Source: a virus (taxonomy: Duplodnaviria; Caudoviricetes). From it: a DNA stretch of 54,378 nt. The notes beneath the pieces were generated by a model. That model saw only the letters and a program-made list of their open reading frames with translations, was not told where the DNA came from and did not search any database. Positions 44,551 to 52,951 of this stretch are shown here, in pieces; the stretch's first letter is position 1; the number at the start of each line of letters is the position of its first letter. The position numbers were made by a program, and so were the translations under genes. Where the stretch lies: positions 1 to 54,378 of IMG/VR virus record IMGVR_UViG_3300014501_000023. One strand, 5' to 3'.

Positions 44551-46041
44551 GTGGCTGCTCCCACGACCAACGTCCCGCCGATCACGTGGGTCAACGGCAT
44601 GCCGGTGGTGCCGACCGAGGCGGCGGTGCTGGCCGGGCGCGCGGCGGACTTCACCGCCGCCTACGGCAGCGCGCTCAACACCGCCCCCACCACCCCACAG
44701 GGGCAGGTGATCGCGAGCGACACGGCGATCATAGGCGACGCCAACGGGCAGATCGCCTACGCGGCCAGCATGGTGGACCCGGACCAGGCCGAAGGGGCGT
44801 GGCAGGATGCGATCGGTGCCATTTATTTCCTGACGCGCATAGCTGCCGCGGGCTCCGTGAAGACCGTGACCTGCATCGGCGGGGCCAATGTCATGATCCC
44901 GGCCGGCGCGTTGATCCAAGATCCCAGCGGCTACTCCTGGGCCGCCAACGGCCCCATTAACCTGGGTCCCACCGGGCAGACCGCTGGCACGTTCCAGTGC
45001 ACGACGCCGGGGCCGATCCCGTGGCCCGGGAACACGCCTTGCACGATCTTGACGCAGGTCAATAATTGGGACCAGGTGGTCAGCGCCAGCGCGGCCGCGC
45101 TCGGGAACCTGACCGAGGGGCGCGCGGCGTTTGAGAACCGGCGGCGCAATTCCGTAGCGATCAATTCGCAGGGTCAGACCGCGGCCATTTACGGCGCCGT
45201 GTTGGCGGTGCCCAACGTTCTGTCCGCCTACGTTGTCGACAACCCCACCAGCGCGACGGTTAACGTCGGGGCGACCGGTTACGCGGTGGTTCCGCACTCG
45301 GTGCTGGTGAGCGTTTACGGCGGGGTCGCAGCGGCCGTTGCGCAGGCGATTTGGAGCAAGAAGAGCGGGGGTTGTGGCTACAACGGCAACACGACCTACA
45401 CCGTTGCCGACACCTCCTACCCTGTCGGCTCGCAGCCTCAGTACCCGGTCACGTGGCTCACGCCGACGCCGACACCGATATACATAGCGGTCGCGCTGCA
45501 GAACAACGCGCTGCTGCCGCCCAATATAGCGGCGCTGATACAAGCGGCGGCGCTGGCGACCTTCACCGGCACCGATGCCGCGAGCTCTGTGCCGGCGGGC
45601 ATCGGGCTCACCATCTCAGGCTCGCGCTACGCGAGCCAGATGAACCTGATCAGCCCAGCGGTCAATATCGAGAGCATCATGGTGGGCCTGCAGACCGCAG
45701 TTCCCGGCGAGGTCGTGGGGACTGGCAACGGCTCGACCGTTACTTTTGCGCACACAGCCGCTCACCTGGCGGTGGTCCCGGGGGCCGTGGTTATCGCCGC
45801 CGGCGCGGTGATGGCGACCGACGATGGCAATGGCAATCTCGTGGGGACAGGCATCGCCGCGGGCTCCACTATCAACTACGCCACCGGTGCAATCAGCATC
45901 ACCTACAGCACAGCGCCCGCGAATGCCGTAGTGATAGCCATGAACTACAACTACGCCAATCCCGCCAGCGGCATCGTGACGATGGGCGTGGATCAGATGC
46001 CGACGCTGACGGCGCCGAGCGTCGTGGTGATGCTGGTGTGA
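44551..46041 (+). CDS. baseplate J-like protein with inserted C-terminal domain
   Basis: TPQGQ; DP..A.G.WQDAIG.IYF..R; E.RAAFE.RRR.SV..N; PHS..V.V.GG. Confidence 0.87.
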   Translation: MAAPTTNVPPITWVNGMPVVPTEAAVLAGRAADFTAAYGSALNTAPTTPQGQVIASDTAIIGDANGQIAYAASMVDPDQAEGAWQDAIGAIYFLTRIAAAGSVKTVTCIGGANVMIPAGALIQDPSGYSWAANGPINLGPTGQTAGTFQCTTPGPIPWPGNTPCTILTQVNNWDQVVSASAAALGNLTEGRAAFENRRRNSVAINSQGQTAAIYGAVLAVPNVLSAYVVDNPTSATVNVGATGYAVVPHSVLVSVYGGVAAAVAQAIWSKKSGGCGYNGNTTYTVADTSYPVGSQPQYPVTWLTPTPTPIYIAVALQNNALLPPNIAALIQAAALATFTGTDAASSVPAGIGLTISGSRYASQMNLISPAVNIESIMVGLQTAVPGEVVGTGNGSTVTFAHTAAHLAVVPGAVVIAAGAVMATDDGNGNLVGTGIAAGSTINYATGAISITYSTAPANAVVIAMNYNYANPASGIVTMGVDQMPTLTAPSVVVMLV

Positions 46042-46592
46042 AGAACTGGAGCCAAACGCTGATCAACCGGTTCGCGGGCACTCCGATCCTCGTCGCGCTG
46101 ATCTCTTCATTCGATGCGGCGGTGGACCCGGTGCCGAACCTTCAGGCGTTCCTCAAGTACATCTGGAACGTCAGGAGCGCGGTCGGCTACGGGCTGAATG
46201 TGTGGGGCACGATCGTCGGGGTATCGCGCGTGATCTCGACCCCCAGCGGCCCCATCACGCTGGACGACGCTGACTACCAGACGCTGATCCTGGTCAAGGC
46301 GGCCGCCAACATCGGCAACGTATCAGTGCAGGCGCTGAACCAGTTGCTGACGGCGCTCTTTGCCGGCTTCGGGGTGGTGTACGTTCAGGATAATCTGAAC
46401 ATGACGCTGACCTACGTGTTCCTCTTCCAGCCGACCGCCGCGCAATTGGCGATCATCCAGTACTCCGGGGTGATGCCGCGGCCGGCCGGGGTGCTGATCA
46501 CGGGGAACATATTTGAGAACGAGCTGGGGCCGCTCAACACAGTGCCGCTTAACTCCTGGCCGCTCAACCAGTTTGTCTTGAAAGGAATTTGA
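46038..46592 (+). CDS. DUF2612 family baseplate wedge protein
   Basis: GTG at 46038; IWNV.SA.GYGL.VWG.IVGVSR; L.D.DY..LI..KA.ANI; PRPAGV. Confidence 0.82.
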   Translation: MKNWSQTLINRFAGTPILVALISSFDAAVDPVPNLQAFLKYIWNVRSAVGYGLNVWGTIVGVSRVISTPSGPITLDDADYQTLILVKAAANIGNVSVQALNQLLTALFAGFGVVYVQDNLNMTLTYVFLFQPTAAQLAIIQYSGVMPRPAGVLITGNIFENELGPLNTVPLNSWPLNQFVLKGI

Positions 46593-46599
46593 AACCACA

Positions 46600-48063
46600 A
46601 TGCTGCGAAAACTGCTTCTAGGCTTGGCGCTGTGCCTCGGCGCGCTCAGCATTGATGGGCGCGCGAACGCTGCCACCGGCAGCGGCATTCAGCAATTCAG
46701 CAACAACGGCGTCACCACCCTCGTCGCTTCCGCGACCTCCTCCGCCACCACGATCACGGTGGCGTCGAACGCTACATTTCCGACGCTCAGCAGCGGTAAC
46801 TGGTTCATCGCGACCTTGGAGCACCTGACCGCGGGCCTCGTGACGGCGGACGAGATCATAAAGGTCACGGCCGATTCGAGCACTACGTGGACGGTGGTGC
46901 GGGCGCAGGAGGGCACGACGGGGTTGAGTTGGTCCTCGGGCGACACCGTGACGCTGCTGCCTACGGCCGGAGGACTGGCGCAGTTCGTGCAGCCAGCGCA
47001 GGCGCAGTCGCAGAGCTACAATTACGCGGCCGCGTCGGTCGGCGGTTCGAACAATTACTCGGTCACGCTGTCGCCGGCGCTCGTCACGCACGTGATCGGC
47101 ATGCCGATCACCTTCAAGGCTCCTGGCAGCGCCAACACTGGCAGCAGCACATTTAATGACGGCGCTGGGGTCGGGACCATTGTGCAGCCGTATGCCGCTG
47201 CGGCCCTTGCCGCCGGGGACATACCCGCGGGCGGCATGGTCACGGTCGTATGGGATGGGACCAACTTTCAGCTGACCAGCGTATCAGTCGCCATTGCGAA
47301 CGCTGTGCTGCTCAACCCGTATGGAGGCGCGGCGCAGACGATCACCGGCCCGATCATACTGGCCTCGACATTCCCCGAGCTTTTCTTCTCGACGACCGGA
47401 GCCCCTACCAACCAGGGCCTCTGGCTAGCGGCCACCACTAGCACCCAGTGGGCGCTGCAGGCCCTGAGCGATAACGAGAGCATTGTCAACAATGCGATCT
47501 TGGTGAACCGCGTCGGCGACGTGATCACCAGCGTCGCGCTAGCCGGCACATCGCAGACAGGGGCGACGCAGACTTCGAGCGACAACAGCGCGAATTTCGC
47601 GACCACCGCGTTCGTGAAGAACGTGCTGGCCGCTTCCCCAGCGCTCGGCGGCGTGCCGACCGCGCCCACCGCCTCACCCAGCAGCACCAGCACGACGCAG
47701 GTCGCATCGACCGCGTTTGTGCAATCCGCGATAGCCGCTGCGCTCGTGACCGGCACCGTTGGCACGAGCGGCTCGATAACCATCAACGTCGCCGGCGCCC
47801 CTCACGGGGCGGTCATCATCAAGTGGGGATTCGTGACGCCTGGGAACACGTATACGGGGAGCTCGACACAGCCGATCACTTTCCTAACTCCATTCCCGAA
47901 TGACATTTATTTTGCCGCCGCCTTCAGCAATCGCAACACCAAAAGCACATATGGATTCGGGAACATACCTTATGCGAATCTAGCGACTAATGGTTTTTTG
48001 GCTGTACTGGATGCCGATTCCAGCGGCAACATGAGCGGCGAGTGGATCGCGATAGGAGATTGA
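46600..48063 (+). CDS. tail fibre protein carrying an N-terminal signal peptide
   Basis: MLRKLLLGLALCLGALSIDGRANA; FSNN..TTL...EIIKVT...VVRAQEGT; PTAPT..TQVASTAFV; C-terminal IIKWG...ITF..PFPN...WIAIG. Confidence 0.8.
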   Translation: MLRKLLLGLALCLGALSIDGRANAATGSGIQQFSNNGVTTLVASATSSATTITVASNATFPTLSSGNWFIATLEHLTAGLVTADEIIKVTADSSTTWTVVRAQEGTTGLSWSSGDTVTLLPTAGGLAQFVQPAQAQSQSYNYAAASVGGSNNYSVTLSPALVTHVIGMPITFKAPGSANTGSSTFNDGAGVGTIVQPYAAAALAAGDIPAGGMVTVVWDGTNFQLTSVSVAIANAVLLNPYGGAAQTITGPIILASTFPELFFSTTGAPTNQGLWLAATTSTQWALQALSDNESIVNNAILVNRVGDVITSVALAGTSQTGATQTSSDNSANFATTAFVKNVLAASPALGGVPTAPTASPSSTSTTQVASTAFVQSAIAAALVTGTVGTSGSITINVAGAPHGAVIIKWGFVTPGNTYTGSSTQPITFLTPFPNDIYFAAAFSNRNTKSTYGFGNIPYANLATNGFLAVLDADSSGNMSGEWIAIGD

Positions 48064-48067
48064 GACA

Positions 48068-48331
48068 ATGTCCATACGTTCAACAGTCACCGCCGGTACC
48101 TGGCAGCAAGTCGGCACCGGGCCAGCGACCGTGCAGCTCATCTCCCCGGACGCCGACGAGGCCGAGGTCATGGTGGCGTGCGCCGCCTCGGCCCCCAGCA
48201 CCAACAGCGATGGCATGGTGCTGTATTCGCAGTACCCGGCGCACCTCTTCACGCTGACCGAGCCGATCTGGGCGCAGACGGTGCAAGCGGGGCTCACGGC
48301 CGAGGTGGCCGTGCAGCCGGAGGTCGCGTGA
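48068..48331 (+). CDS. small beta-rich virion accessory protein
   Basis: 87 aa, SD AGGAG, in fibre module. Confidence 0.55.
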   Translation: MSIRSTVTAGTWQQVGTGPATVQLISPDADEAEVMVACAASAPSTNSDGMVLYSQYPAHLFTLTEPIWAQTVQAGLTAEVAVQPEVA

Positions 48332-49695
48332 TCAGGCGACTGCTGCTAACGCTGTGCGCAGCGCTCCTTGGCGTCTACCACGTCACGGCGCGCGCGCAGG
48401 CGCCGGAGTACGTGTACTGCATCAACGCGACCAGCACCCAGTGCAATACGACCAGCAATCCAGGCAACGGCACCCAGGGGGATGATTCGTGGTTGGCCTT
48501 CGGCAAGCTCAACCTCGACCTCCTAGCGCTGCAACCGCCGACGCCGCAGTACTCGGTGGTCTATGCCAATGGTTCCAGCTATTCGGGACTTCTGCCCGGC
48601 GCGACCGGCACCTGGTGCCTGCAATGGAACAACCTCACCTCCGCCCCATCGCTGACGGCGTGCCCGGGCGCTGGGGCGTTGTCCTTCGCTTTGGTCTCCT
48701 CCGGCACCAACACCGCCACGCTGCACATCGGCACTGGCGGCTCGCTCAACGCCACCGGCAGCGGCGTGCTTGCCGCAACAACGGCCGCAGCGCTGGCCGC
48801 GACGCCGACGCAGTGCTCGGGCGGCACGCCCCTGGCGACCGGCGTCGCGGCGAACGGCAACGCTAATTGCACGGGCGCTGGCTCGAATGCTTGGAGCGCC
48901 GTCACGGCGGGCACCAATGCGCAGGCCCTTGTCATTGGCACCGGCGGCTCGCTGAGCACGTCGGGCACCGGCGCGATCGTCGCGACCTCGACCGTTGCGG
49001 GCGCGGTCACGCTGGCGATGATGGCGAACGAAACAGCCGACACGCTGCTGTGCAATAACACTGGCTCGGCTGCGGCGCCGATCGCTTGCACCGTCGCGCA
49101 AGTACTCACGCTGCTGACCTCAACATCCGGCGGCGGCACGACGAACTACCTGCGCGCCGATGGCACATGGGCCGCGCCCCCTGGCGGCGGCGGCTCGCCC
49201 GCCTTCAGCGCCGTGACCGCCGGCATCAATGCCAATGCGCTGGTCATGGGCACCGGCGGATCTCTGAGCGTCTCAGGCACCGGCTCGATCGCCGCGACCA
49301 CCGCAGCGGCGCTGGCCGCGACGCCGACGCAGTGCTCGGGCGGCACGCCCCTGGCGACCGGCGTCGCGGCGAACGGCAATGCGAACTGCACCGCTGCGGG
49401 CGCTCAGACGATTGCTGCCGGGGCCACTGCGCTGCCAACCGCTGCCGTGTCAGCGAACAGTTGCAGCGCGAGCGCCACAACGGCGACCGCGACCGGGGTG
49501 GCTACCACTGATGCAATGGAGGTAGCCTACGCTTCTGATCCCACGGGGGTTACGGGTTACGGCGGCGGGACGAACGGCGGTATAACGATCAGGCCCTGGC
49601 TCACCACAAATACTTTCAACGTCAAGCTGTGCAACGAAACCGCGAGCTCCATCACCCCAGGGGCGCTAAGCGTTAATTGGAGAGTGGCGCGGTGA
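48328..49695 (+). CDS. fibre protein with signal peptide and internal repeats
   Basis: GTG at 48328; MIRRLLLTLCAALLGVYHVTARA-Q; PGNGTQGD....AFGKLN; NYLRADGTWAAP; 12 Cys in local pairs. Confidence 0.72.
   Translation: MIRRLLLTLCAALLGVYHVTARAQAPEYVYCINATSTQCNTTSNPGNGTQGDDSWLAFGKLNLDLLALQPPTPQYSVVYANGSSYSGLLPGATGTWCLQWNNLTSAPSLTACPGAGALSFALVSSGTNTATLHIGTGGSLNATGSGVLAATTAAALAATPTQCSGGTPLATGVAANGNANCTGAGSNAWSAVTAGTNAQALVIGTGGSLSTSGTGAIVATSTVAGAVTLAMMANETADTLLCNNTGSAAAPIACTVAQVLTLLTSTSGGGTTNYLRADGTWAAPPGGGGSPAFSAVTAGINANALVMGTGGSLSVSGTGSIAATTAAALAATPTQCSGGTPLATGVAANGNANCTAAGAQTIAAGATALPTAAVSANSCSASATTATATGVATTDAMEVAYASDPTGVTGYGGGTNGGITIRPWLTTNTFNVKLCNETASSITPGALSVNWRVAR
48790..49379 (+). repeat. 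71-bp perfect direct repeat (48790-48860 and 49309-49379)
   Basis: identical GCGCTGGCCGCGACGCCG...GCGAACGGCAA encoding ALAATPTQCSGGTPLATGVAANG. Confidence 0.85.
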
Positions 49696-51632
49696 GACGT
49701 TGGCTATCGCCGCTGCTGCTCCTCTGGTGCGGGCTCACATGCGCGCAGAGCCTGCCGATGGGCGGTATCCCAAGCGGCAGCTGCATCCCCACGGTCGTGC
49801 AGAAGGTCACCGGCGGCGGCCTAAGCGCTGGCGCCCTGTCAGTCTCAGCGACGATTACAGGTGTTGTAGCGGGCGACGCGCTCTTCGTCCCGCTGGCACA
49901 TTCGGATACCAGCGGCACTAATCCGACGATCACAGTCTCAGACGCCCAGGGCGCGTACACTGGCGACGCCGTGGTACAGCGCGGCAACCAGATCGACGTC
50001 GGCATCTACACTCTTTTCAACGCGAACGCTGGTTCGCACACGATCACGGCCACCGCGAGCAGTGGCACGGTGGGAGCCAGTTCCTACGCGATCGAGGTGC
50101 TCGAGGGTAATTGCTTAGGTAGTACCGACTCGCTCGATCAGAAGTCAACACTCAGCGCGAACACCAGCGCGACGCCCACCACCGGCACCACCGCGGCGCT
50201 GGCGCAGGGTAGCGAGTTCGTCGTGACGGCGATGTCCGGCAACATGGACAACCTGACCGGGGGCACGTTCCCGCCGACCGGCGGCAATAACTCGCCGTTC
50301 ATTTCGATCTTCTCCAACGCCGCCGGCACGCCTTACCAGGCTATCGACTCCGATTACCAGATCAATACGACCGCCACCACCGGCGTCGCGGCGGCGTATG
50401 GCACGATGAGCAACAGCCAGATCTGGGGCGCGGTGATCGCTACCTACAAGGCCTCGGCCTCTGGAGGCGGAGGCGGCGGGGGCGGCGGGGGCGGCGGCAC
50501 CGGAGTCAAGTGGCACCCCGGGCACTACTGCCTGAGCAATCAGGTCGTATCGTCCTCCAACTGGGGTACCTCCGAGGGGCTCGTCGAGGGCGAGATCAAC
50601 TCATGCCTCTCGCAGGCCAATGTGCAGGGTTACTTGATGATCCTGTACTGGAACGCGATCGAGAATGCGACGCTGGGCTCCTACAGCTGGACCTACATCG
50701 ACACGATCCGCACGTACATCCAGACCAACTACCCGGGCAAGCGCTTCGCGGTGATGATCTGGTCTGAGGCCTTCGGCGGTAGCAACCCGGCGAGCAACCT
50801 GCCGAGCTACATCACGACCGGCTCGGGGTACGGTGCCGGGAGCAATGGCACGCAGTACGGTTACTGGGCCTTCGCGGGCGCCGGCTACACGGCCGCCTGG
50901 TGGCGCTCGGTGGTGATGGCGAGGGTGGAGGCGCTGTTCGCGGCGTTCGCTGCTCATACGTCCCCTTACACCGGCGGCGTCTGCTCATCGGGGTGCACAT
51001 ACGACACGGACCCGTATTTCGAGGCGGTGACGTGGCAGGAGTCCACCATGTCGCTGGCCTCGACGCCGGGCGACTACAGCTTCAGTGCGGCACAGACGCA
51101 GTACCAGAACCTGATCGCTGACATGGTGAGCTACTTCCCGCACACCAACGTCATCGACCAGAACAACTTCCTCGGCTACACCGGCGGCAGCATCAACACG
51201 ACCGGCAACACGACCGTGACCGATGCTGGCGTGAGCGCCGCGATCGGCGGCTCCGACACCTCTTACCCGCTCAGCAACCTGAGCTGGGGCCAGCTGGCCT
51301 TCATGGGCTACGCGAACTGCGGCGGCTGCGGCCTGACCTCTGGCTTCGTGAGTCTCTACGGCACTGCGGCCTCGCTCGCGTTCGTCGAGACGCCGGACTA
51401 CACGTACACGCTCGCGCACCTCAACCAGGCTTCAATGAACACACCGACCGCCTCCCCAGGCGGCATGGGTGCCTCTGAAGTTTACTGGGGCATCGAAAGT
51501 ACTGGCAGCGGTAACGCTGGCGATTGGGCGACCGAGGTGCTGCCGAACATCAACGCCACGCCGATCCCTACGGGGAACAAGACGTGTCCGAGCAAGTACA
51601 CGAGCCTGCGCGGCGGCTGCAACACGACGTGA
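49692..51632 (+). CDS. secreted protein: beta-sandwich, Gly12 linker, putative clan GH-A TIM-barrel glycoside hydrolase
   Basis: MRRWLSPLLLLWCGLTCA-Q; KWHPGHY, W..IE....G.Y.W..ID, LPSYI, D.DP.FE......ES. Confidence 0.6.
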   Translation: MRRWLSPLLLLWCGLTCAQSLPMGGIPSGSCIPTVVQKVTGGGLSAGALSVSATITGVVAGDALFVPLAHSDTSGTNPTITVSDAQGAYTGDAVVQRGNQIDVGIYTLFNANAGSHTITATASSGTVGASSYAIEVLEGNCLGSTDSLDQKSTLSANTSATPTTGTTAALAQGSEFVVTAMSGNMDNLTGGTFPPTGGNNSPFISIFSNAAGTPYQAIDSDYQINTTATTGVAAAYGTMSNSQIWGAVIATYKASASGGGGGGGGGGGGTGVKWHPGHYCLSNQVVSSSNWGTSEGLVEGEINSCLSQANVQGYLMILYWNAIENATLGSYSWTYIDTIRTYIQTNYPGKRFAVMIWSEAFGGSNPASNLPSYITTGSGYGAGSNGTQYGYWAFAGAGYTAAWWRSVVMARVEALFAAFAAHTSPYTGGVCSSGCTYDTDPYFEAVTWQESTMSLASTPGDYSFSAAQTQYQNLIADMVSYFPHTNVIDQNNFLGYTGGSINTTGNTTVTDAGVSAAIGGSDTSYPLSNLSWGQLAFMGYANCGGCGLTSGFVSLYGTAASLAFVETPDYTYTLAHLNQASMNTPTASPGGMGASEVYWGIESTGSGNAGDWATEVLPNINATPIPTGNKTCPSKYTSLRGGCNTT

Positions 51633-51635
51633 CTT

Positions 51636-52205
51636 ATGCCTCTTGACATCACCGACGACGACGTCTACGCGGGCCTCACCGGCTTCTTGCAACTGGTCGT
51701 GCCGCAGGCCCCTTGGACTTACGCTGGCACGACGTATCCGGCCGTCCCCATTTTGCGCGGGCAGCAGAATCGGGTGCCGATGCCGTCCATCCCCTTCGTG
51801 CTGATGACCACGCTCGGTGCGCCGCGCCGTGTTGGCACCAACGCGGACAGCACCGAGGCCGTGATCGTTGACAGCGTGCTGATCGGGTTCACGGCCGCAG
51901 CCAGAGCGGACTTTGAGTACGCGGTGCAGGCCGACTTCTACTCCCCGCTGGCCGAAGCGTGGTCGATGGCGGTGGAGCTGCTGTGGCGCGACACCATAGG
52001 GATCGCAGCGATGCCGCCCGGCATGAAACCATTGTACTCGGAGGACCGGCGGCAGCTGCCGCTGATCGGCGGGGAGGATCAGTGGGTGCAGCGCTGGACG
52101 ATGACGCTGTACCTGGATTACCAGCCGACGTGGACACAGCCGACCGAGGCGGCCACGGCAATCACGGTCATACCGGAACCGATAGACGTGTTTTATCCCC
52201 CATGA
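51636..52205 (+). CDS. tail terminator/completion protein, displaced from neck module
   Basis: L..FL...V.....I.RGQ.NRVP.P...FV.MT; Q.DFY; L.RD; PLY....Q.P.I.GE.Q...RW...L.L.Y.P. Confidence 0.75.
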   Translation: MPLDITDDDVYAGLTGFLQLVVPQAPWTYAGTTYPAVPILRGQQNRVPMPSIPFVLMTTLGAPRRVGTNADSTEAVIVDSVLIGFTAAARADFEYAVQADFYSPLAEAWSMAVELLWRDTIGIAAMPPGMKPLYSEDRRQLPLIGGEDQWVQRWTMTLYLDYQPTWTQPTEAATAITVIPEPIDVFYPP

Positions 52206-52216
52206 GAGGTTTTGAA

Positions 52217-52951
52217 ATGAAGAAGATAATCCCGGTACTCGCGCTCGCAAGCCTGCTGTGCGCATGCTCGGTATTAGCGCCAAAGCCAACCGCGCGTGCC
52301 AAGTTTGGCGCAGTCGCGGCTACTCCATCGCCTAACGGCGCGAAGCTCGTGGGACCCACGGCGGCCGGCTCGCTGATAGATGCAACCGGCAACACCTGGA
52401 CGCTCACGGGCGGACAGCTCTCAGAGAACGGCGGCGCACCGACCGGCCTTAACATCATCCTGACCGAATACTGCGGTGGCCTGATCTATCAGGAGAACGC
52501 GAGCACCCTGTGGTGGGATTCGGTCAGCGGCGCGTGGGTCGCGACCACAGCGCCTGCTACGTGCGGGGCGATTATCGCCGCCGGTGGCAATGCGAACCTG
52601 AGCTGGACGCCGCCGACCACTGACGTGAAGGGGGGTCTGCTTGCGAGCACTCCTGGGGACGCGCTGACCGGTTTCAACATATACCAAGGCGTCGGCGCCG
52701 GCTCACTCGTCAAAATCGCGTCGGTGGCGGCCAACGTGCTCAACTACACCGTGAGCGGCCTGACCGTCGGCTCGTACACGTTCGCGGTCACAGCCACCAA
52801 CGCGGCCGGCGAGAGCGCGGACAGCCCGAGCCAGACCGCGAGCGTCGAGCCGGTGGTGCCGGCGGCTGCGGCGCCCGGCCCCGTGCTGACTTTCACCGTA
52901 GCGTGTTCGGGGCAGAATGGCGTCACGACCTGCACGGTGACGGTCCCGTGA
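52217..52951 (+). CDS. lipoprotein with FN3 domain
   Basis: MKKIIPVLALASLLCA-C; LSWTPP...GFNIY.G...YTV.GL..G.Y.FAVTA.N..GES..S. Confidence 0.75.
   Translation: MKKIIPVLALASLLCACSVLAPKPTARAKFGAVAATPSPNGAKLVGPTAAGSLIDATGNTWTLTGGQLSENGGAPTGLNIILTEYCGGLIYQENASTLWWDSVSGAWVATTAPATCGAIIAAGGNANLSWTPPTTDVKGGLLASTPGDALTGFNIYQGVGAGSLVKIASVAANVLNYTVSGLTVGSYTFAVTATNAAGESADSPSQTASVEPVVPAAAAPGPVLTFTVACSGQNGVTTCTVTVP

Noticed and set aside
46580-46591. Third copy of GAAAGGAATTTG promoter motif
   Set aside because: No -10-like hexamer at 17-nt spacing on the minus strand; better explained as the SD of the 46600 tail fibre.
48790-49379. Possible diversity-generating retroelement TR/VR pair
   Set aside because: Both copies are inside one ORF, identical with no adenine-specific mismatches, not C-terminal, and no reverse transcriptase is in the window.
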